From Amoeboradix gromovi X-113 (Eukaryota > Fungi > Sanchytriomycota): a stretch of 7,780 bases of DNA. The translations under genes were made by a program, and so were the position numbers. The notes beneath the pieces are model-generated. The model saw only the letters and a list, made by a program, of their open reading frames with translations, had not been told where the DNA came from and made no database searches. The stretch is from the NCBI GenBank assembly GCA_018985225.1, contig JADGIF010000486.1, forward strand, positions 1-7,780, in the 5' to 3' direction. This document shows, piece after piece, positions 1 to 7,560 of the stretch. Within the stretch, counting starts at the first letter, position 1, and each line of letters begins with the position of its first letter.

Positions 1-103
1 CAATACTAGTCAAATGAGAAGTAGCTTGTCGAGCAAGGTCGCAAGAAACATGGCTACAATGTCCCGTTACGCACTCAAGGAACGCTTGAAGTTCAAGTGT
101 AAA
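1..103 (+). pseudogene. Fanzor2/TnpB-like nuclease internal fragment (region after RuvC-II); continues off the left window edge
   Basis: Frame from nt 2 reads NTSQMRSSLSSKVARNMATMSRYALKERLKFKCK, matching the Fanzor2-type segment 'F.TSQM...l..k.aR.M...sHy.Fk.RL..K'. Nt 1-44 match 7222-7265 (38/44 identical by manual alignment) and 88-102 match 7266-7280. Confidence 0.85.
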
Positions 104-183
104 TATCTGACTAGTAAATGATTCATTACATTCAACCATTGTCTTTCCTCTTTGTTTACAATTGAACTTCAAGCGTTCCTTGA
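75..183. repeat. 29-bp inverted repeat (fold-back) with 51-nt spacer
   Basis: 75-103 TCAAGGAACGCTTGAAGTTCAAGTGTAAA is the reverse complement of 155-183, with one mismatch (G97/A161). Confidence 0.95.
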
Positions 184-185
184 AT
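108..185 (-). pseudogene. Second Fanzor2-like fragment, inverted relative to 1-103
   Basis: Reverse complement translates FKERLKFNCKQRGKTMVECNESFTSQ. It aligns nearly base for base to 7266-7328 (KFKCKQRGKTLVECNEAFTSQ) and to 75-103. Confidence 0.85.
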
Positions 186-265
186 AAATTGTGCAGATAT
201 CTCTTCTAGGCATTGAAAGACATATAATTGTTCAATGTTTGGACCAGGTCCTCAGTGTTGATGAA

Positions 266-449
266 TGTATGCCGTACCTTTAATTTTTCTTTAGATTTGA
301 AATATTCAGGATTACATCCATTGACTCCATATATCATTTTTGAAAAGAGCATCGAGTATTTAAGCTATTGGAAAATCTCGAAAAGTCATGAAATTATATA
401 GAAATACAAATTTTCGATGATTGATTTATTCAAGAAAACAATCAAGCTG
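266..449 (+). repeat. Diverged repeat X, copy 1 (degraded gene fragment with a candidate 28-nt intron), inverted homolog of 7034-7189
   Basis: Exact 21-nt match: 422-442 TGATTTATTCAAGAAAACAAT is the reverse complement of 7041-7061. Further colinear blocks are TGTATGCCGTACCT vs TGTATGCTGTACCT, TTCTTTAGATT, AGCTATTGGAAAA and GAAATTATA. Candidate intron GTATGC...TTTAG at 267-294 joins frames reading ISLLGIERHIIVQCLDQVLSVDE|YLKYSGLHPLTPYIIFEK; stops and frameshifts follow. Confidence 0.8.
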
Positions 450-700
450 TTTTGACCACAAAGGATGGAGAAAACTTTGGCAAGTAAACATGGCACCATC
501 TGATTGATTTAATAAAGAATTGAGCTTTAATAAAATTAGGGATATCTTTTAATTCCAGAATTCACTCATCAGGAGCCATCGCCTTCAACTGAATATTCCA
601 TTTCTCGTAATTACGTGACATTTATTGTAGCAGAAATTTTTCTGCAGAAACTATCAATGGCCTAAAAGTTCAATGGTTTTTTTTCAACAACCGAAATGGG

Positions 701-1679
701 ATGGCCTACGAGATTTATCATTGCGGAAACATTAAATCAGCAAATGAGTATATAGGGTTGTTCCATGGCACAACAACTATTTCGTTGGATTTTTTTGGGA
801 TTTGTGAGTATATTGTTCTTGGAAATAGTAAGTTTGCAGTTGAAATCCCAATTCGCAAAATTGGGATTCCGCTAGTATTAAAAATAATCATGCTAGATAA
901 TTGCACATGCAAGTTGGTAAGCAATCAGAAAGTGGAAGAGCTCAGTAAATTGTACAACATTGAGTTTAACAACGTAGTCGATATCAAGAATGTATTCACA
1001 TTATGTGGATTTCCAGATTTGGATTTAAAAACCATTTGTTTACTAAAATGTCCTAAATTGCTGTCAACACTCGCTACAATTTCTAATATTAAAAGCCGAG
1101 GAAATAATATATTATTGGTTCTTTATACTAACTCAGAGACTAAAAGTGTGTTACAATGTGATTTTGATATATACTGCGTTAGAAAATTTGTTGGTTCAAC
1201 ATGATACAATCTATCCAGTTCTAGACTTAGAGCCAATTGTAAAAGCGATTCTTTTGCACCGTCTGCCAGGCACATTACTGAAGCTATTTGAAATGTACCA
1301 TAGTTCTTTAGTTTGCAAAGGTGTTATCGATAAACTTTATATCTTTTTAAATGTCATATTTTCAATTAGAGATGAAGATTTAATCGAACTGTGTATTTCA
1401 AAAGACTTCAATCTAATGACAATATGCACTGTTGATGATGCTATTTTATGCATGGCGAATATCTATTTTAGACCTCATGTTGATGCTGTGCAGCACTTGC
1501 AAATTAAAGGATTTGGGATGGACAAACTAATTGAGATCAGAAGAGGAAATAAGCTGGTTGATGAACTGAAGATAGTGGAATATGCAGATAGCGAACTTCA
1601 AACAATTAGTAGTGAGTTAAGAACAGATATATCATTTATTGTTCCCCCACTGGTTATATTCAGCAAGAGTAAAAAATAA
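701..1679 (+). CDS. Hypothetical protein, probably two exons (701-1145 + 1183-1679, ~313 aa)
   Basis: ORFs 701-1204 and 1146-1679 overlap in different frames. Removing a 37-nt GTGTGT...TTAG intron (1146-1182, phase 1 at both ends) fuses them in frame. No domain recognised; a frameshifted pseudogene is the alternative. Confidence 0.5.
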
Positions 1680-2129
1680 TAAATTGTGTCTACTAGTTTG
1701 TTGCTCTTACTAACTTCGTATTTCGCCATTTTCTAATATAGTTCCCGTGAATTACAGGATGCAGCAATACAAATTAACATCCCTCTCCACTAATACGTCA
1801 CAGACAGAACGCTAGCTCCATATAGAGCGCTTTTTAAAGCAGAAGCACTTATACTAGGCTTCATCCCCATGACTGCAATAGAATTATTAGAAGCACTAAA
1901 TTCTAGCTAGCCTTCAAAAAAATGTGTAAGATTCTTACTTAAAATACTCTAAGCACTTCTGAGATTGTGCCTATAACTATTATTGTCATTATAAATGACC
2001 TTGTATCGAAACACCCAAGAAAAAAGCAAAATAATTTTCTTGGAATGAACATGGTAAAAGAGTAACCTGGTATTTTGACTGACACTTTAAACTAAAGATA
2101 TTTTAATGACTTTCATTGCGCATGAAATG

Positions 2130-2575
2130 CCAAGATAACTTTACCGCTGATGGGAGTGTTGGAAAGTATATGCGCATTCAAAGATTGTTTACGAGGCCTA
2201 CGGATTGGACGCACTTGGTGCAGTTGTTCATGAGCACATGAATGTGCGTTACAACAATGTTAAAGTAGCCGTATGTATACCGAGGAAGAGTGAAGGAGCT
2301 TAATGCCAATGAAAAGAAATTAGCAAGTACGATTTGTTAAAAGCAGTACAGGTGGTAAACATCTTTTTTTGTGAACAAGACTACATTAAAAACATTAAGA
2401 CATAATATGAAAACGGTTATCGGTTGACGTATTGCAACATATGCTCAAGTGCTAGTCAGCCAAGCTTTATTCAAAGGAATATTGCCAGTGCACTCTTCAT
2501 ATCAAAAAAGGCTAAATGTTATATAATGGGACTGACACATCTTTCCAGGAGGCCCTCCGACTTAGAGTTGGGGAC
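2130..2575 (+). pseudogene. Possible highly degraded Fanzor1-like C-terminal remnant
   Basis: Ordered motif echoes across broken frames: FTADGSVG, LDALGAVVHEHMN(V)RY, then YRLTYCNIC...FIQRNIASALFI..KAKCYIMG. These resemble 'R..yC..C...hRDv.aa.Ni'. An 8-bp hairpin follows (2555-2573). Catalytic residues are not intact. Confidence 0.3.
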
Positions 2576-2597
2576 ATTTTCTGAAATTGGGTCCCAA

Positions 2598-3791
2598 ATG
2601 AGAAAAATGTGGATAGAAACCATGAAAACCCATATTCGTCGTCAATGGCTAGTGCTGGGTCTTATTGTAACTATTTTGTTTGCATATCTAGTTCCTAATT
2701 TGGGTAAAAACAATGGATATTTAAAAACAAATTTGTGGACTAACAGTTTAGCCATTGTACTCATATTTCTGATATCAGGACTATCCATACAATCCCAGAT
2801 ACTCAGAGACGCACTTTATAAGGTGCATCTGCATGTACTAATTCAATTAATCAATTTGGGATTGATACCACTGTATACGTTTGGTTTGGTATACCTCTTG
2901 GAATTAACAAACAGTATAGACAAACTACTGTTAGAAGGTATATTAGTACTTTCTGTAATGCCAGCCACTGTTAGTACATGTATTGTGTATACTCAGCTTG
3001 CTAAAGGTAATACAGCACTTGCAATTATTGATTCTGCATTCGGAAATTTCATTGGAATTTTTATCTCTCCGCTATACCTTATACTTATAGAAAAAAAGGA
3101 CATCAGAGCCAATTATGGCTCTTTAATTCTGAACTTGACACTTTTGGTTATACTTCCATTTCTGATAGGCCAAACAATTCGGATATTTCTACCAGGGTTG
3201 ACCAAAAAGATATGCAGACTGCCAGGATTTAAGCAATATACTGGAATTCTTGTGCTACTTATGGTTTGGACGGCTTTTAGCACAGCGTTTAGTGCAAATA
3301 TTATAATTGGTATTTCTGTGTTTTACACTTTTTTGATAACAATCTTATTGTATGTAATAAATCTAAGCTTAACAGCTCTAATTTTTATGCCGCTAAATGG
3401 ACTCTCATTTAATGCAAACATTGAGGAAGCAAGGGATTTGATCGAAGTTGGCAATCGGTTTAGCTGGAAAGTTACAAAGGAAGACGTTATAGCAGCGTTA
3501 TGTACAGTACCTCAAAAAACAATGGCTATGGGATTACCTTTAATTCAGCTGGTGTACTATGATAGACCAAATGATATCGCCGTAGTTGGTTTGCCTCTCA
3601 TTATGTACCATGCGGTTCAATTATTTTTAAATGGATTGTTAATTCCAATTATGAAAAAATATAAGGATGATTTTAGAGATCAAAGTATCGATTCGAGTGA
3701 CGAAGAATCAGTGCTTTTGGATGACCTAAACGATGTTCCAAGTACTGACTACGCTCATTTTGATGAGGAAGAACGCTCACCTAATAAATAA
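2598..3791 (+). CDS. RCH1: SLC10A7/RCH1-like SBF-like (sodium/bile acid symporter family) membrane transporter
   Basis: Many hydrophobic segments. Family motifs include QWLVLGL..PNLG..G.LK, IFLISGLS, MPATVSTCIVYTQLAKGN..AIIDSAFGNFIGIFISP, QKTMAMGLPLI and LPLIMYHAVQL, plus an acidic C-terminal tail. Start placed at ATG 2598 (2607 or 2622 also possible) because family similarity begins at QWL; the TTG start at 2424 is unlikely in a eukaryote. Orthology to RCH1 is inferred from motifs only. Confidence 0.85.
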   Translation: MRKMWIETMKTHIRRQWLVLGLIVTILFAYLVPNLGKNNGYLKTNLWTNSLAIVLIFLISGLSIQSQILRDALYKVHLHVLIQLINLGLIPLYTFGLVYLLELTNSIDKLLLEGILVLSVMPATVSTCIVYTQLAKGNTALAIIDSAFGNFIGIFISPLYLILIEKKDIRANYGSLILNLTLLVILPFLIGQTIRIFLPGLTKKICRLPGFKQYTGILVLLMVWTAFSTAFSANIIIGISVFYTFLITILLYVINLSLTALIFMPLNGLSFNANIEEARDLIEVGNRFSWKVTKEDVIAALCTVPQKTMAMGLPLIQLVYYDRPNDIAVVGLPLIMYHAVQLFLNGLLIPIMKKYKDDFRDQSIDSSDEESVLLDDLNDVPSTDYAHFDEEERSPNK

Positions 3792-3858
3792 ACTACAGCT
3801 TTATTCAAGTGAAAACAATTTTTGACATTCAGGGTCAAATTTAAAAACTTGGAGATAT

Positions 3859-5586
3859 ATGAATAATCAATTAAAGCGGCAATATACTAAGCAAACCGCT
3901 CAAGTGAAAAAGAAAAGGGTAACAGCTGAATACTTAGTGGAGTTTACCGATGAGCACCCTGATTTATCTTCTTTTGCTGGAATTGATGGGTGTTTGCAAC
4001 AATTAATAGACTTAGTTGTCCTTCCAATTAAGCAGCCTCACATCTATCAAAATGCTAACATAGTACCTCCAACAGGTGTACTGCTGCATGGTCCCTCCGG
4101 ATGTGGTAAAACTTCATTAGCTTTAGCATTGGGCAAAAGTTTAGATATTCCATTTTTTCTGGTTCCATCGCCCTCTTTGGTAAGCGGAATGAGTGGGGAT
4201 AGTGAAAAGAAAATTCGCCAAATATTTCAGCTAGTTAAAGAGCATGCTCCTGCTATTTTATTTATTGACGAGATAGACTGCATTGGTCAAAAAAGAGATC
4301 AAACTGGTAAAGGCATGGACCAAAGAATTGTTGCCCAATTTATGAGCTGCTTGGACGAATTAGCTTTTGACAAAAACTCTGTAATTGTTTTAGCTGCTAC
4401 GAACAGACCTGACATGTTGGATCCTGCTTTAAGACGAGCGGGTAGATTTGATCGTGAGGTGCTTTTAAGCATTCCAAGTGAAGACACAAGATACTCCATA
4501 TTGTCGAAACTAACTGGCAAAATGAGCTGTAAAGCTGATTTAAAATTTGTTGCCAAGCGAAGTGGTGGTTATGTTGGTGCTGACCTACAGTCACTCGTCT
4601 CTACAGCTTCTTTGAGAGCGATCAAACGTCAAATTAAGCTCAAGAGCACTGAGAGTATAGAAATAATTCAAGAACTATTGAAGCCGGTGAATTATCAATT
4701 TTTGGCTAAATTCGAAATACAGCAAGATGATTTTACTCAGGCATTGTTACAGGTTCAACCTAGTGCACTAAGAGAGGGATTCGCTACTGTTCCTAATGTT
4801 ACTTTTGACGATATTGGTGCACATGCCAGTTTAATTGAGGAAATGAATAATTCCGTACTGGAGCCAGTGTTGAAACGTGAATTATATGCTCAGTTTGGAA
4901 TCAAAAATCCTACAGGAATCCTGTTATGGGGCCCTCCTGGCTGCGGCAAAACACTTTTAGCCAAAGCAACAGCAAATGCTTGTGGATCCAACTTTGTTAG
5001 TGTCAAGGGGCCTGAATTATTGAACAAATATGTAGGAGAAAGCGAAAAGGCTGTAAGGCTAGTGTTTTCGAGAGCACGGGCATCTGCGCCTTGTTTAATA
5101 TTTTTTGATGAAATAGATGCTCTTTGCCCTAAAAGAGACGATTCAAAGTCTGAAGCAACGCAGCGAGTCGTAAACACATTGCTAACAGAACTAGATGGTG
5201 TTGATGGAAGAGAAGGCGTGTTTGTTTTGGCAGCAACAAACAGACCTGACATTATTGATGCGGCATTATTAAGACCAGGAAGGATTGATAAAATGATGTA
5301 CGTACCGATGCCCACGAAAGAAGACCGGTTTTTGATACTAAAGACGGTAACCAGAAGCATTCCATTGGAGCTAAATACAGACATGGGAATGATAGCTGGG
5401 TATACAAAAGGGTTTACTGGAGCAGATTTAACAGCTTTGGTGCGAGAAGCAAGTGCACTAGCCATAAGAAACAACAAGAATTGCTTAGATAACGCATCAT
5501 TTAAAGTGGCAATGTCCAAAATAAGGTGCAGTGTCTCTGAACAAGACCAAGAAAATTACCTTCACTTGAAAGAAGTGTTTAGATGA
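3859..5586 (+). CDS. RIX7: Rix7/NVL type II AAA+ ATPase (60S ribosome biogenesis)
   Basis: Two AAA modules: Walker A GPSGCGKT and GPPGCGKT, Walker B LFIDEID and IFFDEID, SRH DPALRRAGRFD and DAALLRPGRID. Subfamily-typical strings are present: SLVSGMSGDSEKKIR, the linker VQPSALREGFATVPNVTFDDIGA and VKGPELLNKYVGESEKAVR. The basic N-terminus (VKKKR) is NLS-like. Intronless. Confidence 0.93.
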   Translation: MNNQLKRQYTKQTAQVKKKRVTAEYLVEFTDEHPDLSSFAGIDGCLQQLIDLVVLPIKQPHIYQNANIVPPTGVLLHGPSGCGKTSLALALGKSLDIPFFLVPSPSLVSGMSGDSEKKIRQIFQLVKEHAPAILFIDEIDCIGQKRDQTGKGMDQRIVAQFMSCLDELAFDKNSVIVLAATNRPDMLDPALRRAGRFDREVLLSIPSEDTRYSILSKLTGKMSCKADLKFVAKRSGGYVGADLQSLVSTASLRAIKRQIKLKSTESIEIIQELLKPVNYQFLAKFEIQQDDFTQALLQVQPSALREGFATVPNVTFDDIGAHASLIEEMNNSVLEPVLKRELYAQFGIKNPTGILLWGPPGCGKTLLAKATANACGSNFVSVKGPELLNKYVGESEKAVRLVFSRARASAPCLIFFDEIDALCPKRDDSKSEATQRVVNTLLTELDGVDGREGVFVLAATNRPDIIDAALLRPGRIDKMMYVPMPTKEDRFLILKTVTRSIPLELNTDMGMIAGYTKGFTGADLTALVREASALAIRNNKNCLDNASFKVAMSKIRCSVSEQDQENYLHLKEVFR

Positions 5587-5628
5587 GTATAATGATTACT
5601 ATGATATGCAAAGTATGTGCTCGCCTTC

Positions 5629-5634
5629 AATAAA
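5629..5634 (+). promoter_or_regulatory. Candidate polyadenylation signal for RIX7
   Basis: AATAAA about 43 nt after the stop codon; weak evidence in AT-rich DNA. Confidence 0.3.
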
Positions 5635-5938
5635 TTGTCTCATTACAACAAATTAGGCACAATTGCACGTCTAATGTAATTCATGAAGTAACTGAAAATT
5701 CTATTTAACATTTGCGAAAATGAAGAATATCAAGCATTTAAGATATTGCGGAAATCTAGAAAAGTCACGCAATTATATAAAAAATACATAAAAATTCTCA
5801 ATAAATGATTTACTTAACAAAATTCGATGAACTGCATACAAAATCTCTGCTCTACTAAGGCGCACAGTACTGGTAAGGCTCTGCAGACCGGACTGTTTTT
5901 TCATTTGATGTCACATTTGTCTAGGTAGCTACATAGGT

Positions 5939-6793
5939 TCAGTGCAATCTTGATCTGACGCTCAACAGGTACTTGGCGGTGGTGCGAGCTAGTACTCTCT
6001 TTTTCTCTTCATTTGTCATACTCGAGATGTCAAGCTCTGGCGAAACAGTTTTGGTTCCAAATCTATTTGTGATTGTAACTGTTCCTTGGACCAAATCGTT
6101 AGTGTATCTAACATTTTCATAATCTGCGTCTCTCAGTTCATTCAGCAATCGAGTTAGGGCTTCTACGTCACTATTTTTCGGATCTTTAAATATTATATCA
6201 GCCTTGTAAAAATCGAAAGAACAGATCATTGGATTCTCGGAATACATTTCGAAATAGGATTCGAATGGGATTATAGGATTTGAAGGAAAACATTTAATTT
6301 CCTTTGTGTATAAATAATGCAAGCACGCTAGTTCTTTAGCCTTTGTTTTTGTTTTTGCAGAATATGGACATTTGTAGAAGCGTTGCAATACTTCGAACTG
6401 GCAAAAATAGAGTTGGTTTATTTTGTCAAAAATATACTCAATTTTGCACTCAATAGGTGGTATACTCTCCCTTAAGAAATAGTCAAAATCCTGAATGCTC
6501 TTTGACAAATAATGTTTCATTAGCGAAGATAAAATGGGAGAGACCATGTAGAGATAGTCCGAGTGCTTGCTAGGAGAGGATTCCTGCAAGTCTGCAGAGT
6601 GATAGTAACACATTCGATATCTTTGCTGCCTAGTTTTTTTCGTAGTAAAATAGCTGTGCAAGACTCTTTTTATGTTGGCTGCAGAGTTGTTTTCCAGATC
6701 AGAGGCATTTGCATACTATGGGAAGGTACGGTATTACTGGTGACCTTTCTAGTACATACCGTTGTACTTTTTCTGGCATGCTTCTTTAGTCAT
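5939..6793 (-). CDS. Hypothetical protein with one or two divergent dsRNA-binding-motif (dsRBD)-like domains; probable first exon 6793-6760, intron 6759-6679
   Basis: 240-codon open frame with a non-ATG start in the track. An 81-nt GTATGT...CTGCAG intron links ATG 6793 (MTKEACQKKYN) in frame and removes three in-frame stops. The segment IEYIFDKINQLYFCQFEVLQRFYKCPYSAKTKTKAKELACLHYL fits the dsRBD pattern 'Y......F.c.v.v....y.....KK.Ak..Aa...L'. The C-terminal ~75 aa are a weaker second match. Confidence 0.5.
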
Positions 6794-7033
6794 ATTGCCC
6801 GTAAATGACTTTTTGGATTCTTTTTCTTCTAACCAGTAAGGCTCAGATTAGGAATACTTGACTTTCTCTTCGTAATCGAGACATAACCCTATCAATCTTT
6901 GCCGTGTACAAAGACACAAGATGTAAAAAGACACAGGAACTATGGCTATGTAAATATGTTTCTTCTATATTGTTATCACAGCGATTACAATTAAACAAGA
7001 GTGTTTCTATTGATTCCATAAAGCACTCTTGCG

Positions 7034-7189
7034 CAGCTCAATTGTTTTCTTGAATAAATCATTTACCTCGAATTTGTATGCATTTTCGTATAATTTCAAG
7101 ACTTTTCCAATAGCTCTAGTTCTCGGTATTCTTCCTTTTCACAAGTGGTAAATCCAATCTAAAGAAGTAGCTAACAGGTACAGCATACA
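7034..7189 (-). repeat. Diverged repeat X, copy 2 (degraded gene fragment with a candidate 30-nt intron)
   Basis: Inverted homolog of 266-449. The minus strand has GTATGC...TTTAG (7188-7159) at the same position as copy 1 and a frame reading RAIGKVLKLYENAYKFEVNDLFKKTIELRKSALWNQ*. Homology stops at 7189, where Fanzor-like sequence begins. Confidence 0.8.
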
Positions 7190-7560
7190 AAGACGTTTGA
7201 TCTTGTGTTCTTACCATCGTTTAATACTAGTCAAATGTTAAGTAGCTTATCGAGCAAGGTAGCTAGAAGTTCAAGTGTAAGCAAAGAGGAAAGACGCTAG
7301 TTGAATGTAATGAAGCATTTACTAGTCAAACATGTACAAGATGTGGTACTATAAAGAAAACCAACTTAGAAACATACACCTGTGCCAATTGTCATTTGGA
7401 GATAGATAGAGACGATATGGCAGCAAGGAACACATACATCAAGTATCTGCATCCTTATTCAATCCCGCCTCAGGGTAGTGCAAGCGTGAGCAATCACTGT
7501 TACGGAGCATCTGGCACTGCTAGTTTCTCTGTGGAAATTCTCGATTTTCTCGGAAATTAG
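7190..7560 (+). pseudogene. 5'-truncated Fanzor2 (TnpB/IS607-related RNA-guided endonuclease) gene with an internal 43-bp deletion
   Basis: 7190-7267 reads KTFDLVFLPSFNTSQMLSSLSSKVAR. After a frameshift, 7267-7560 reads KFKCKQRGKTLVECNEAFTSQTCTRCGTIKKTNLETYTCANCHLEIDRDDMAARNTYIKYL...*. It contains a CxxC (7333-7344)...CxxC (7381-7392) zinc ribbon and RuvC-III DRD..AARN (Asp 7411-7413). Pro sits at the canonical RuvC-II position (7214) with the alternative Glu at 7312. Confidence 0.92.

Noticed and set aside
180-199. Minus-strand TATCTGCA-caat-TTATTCAA resembles Fanzor 7444-7462
   Set aside because: Only two 8-nt blocks with no extension beyond them; cannot be distinguished from chance in AT-rich DNA.
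718-924. 68-aa minus-strand ORF
   Set aside because: Antisense shadow of the 701 ORF; non-ATG start and no motif.
2424-2597. N-terminal extension of the transporter ORF from TTG 2424
   Set aside because: Not similar to SLC10A7/RCH1, whose similarity starts near QWL; a non-ATG start is unlikely in a eukaryote.
3824-3846. GACATT...GGGTC.AAAT motif shared upstream of RIX7 and the transporter (~2573-2599)
   Set aside because: Two short, differently spaced instances are insufficient to call a promoter element.
4299-5519. Minus-strand ORFs 4299-4556, 4397-4594 and 4890-5519
   Set aside because: Antisense to the well-conserved RIX7 gene. Their shared MSGLFVAAKT string simply mirrors the duplicated VLAATNRPD motif of the two AAA domains.
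6715-6760. In-frame TAG/TAA codons suggesting TAR=Gln recoding
   Set aside because: RIX7 and the transporter encode all their Gln with CAA/CAG and have no internal TAR, and the transporter ends at TAA. An intron or decay explains the stops.
6563-6808. 81-aa plus-strand ORF
   Set aside because: Antisense to the longer minus-strand gene; non-ATG start and no recognisable features.
6850-6860. AGGAATACTT also present at 7572-7581 (possible guide target)
   Set aside because: A 10-nt match only; too short to support targeting.
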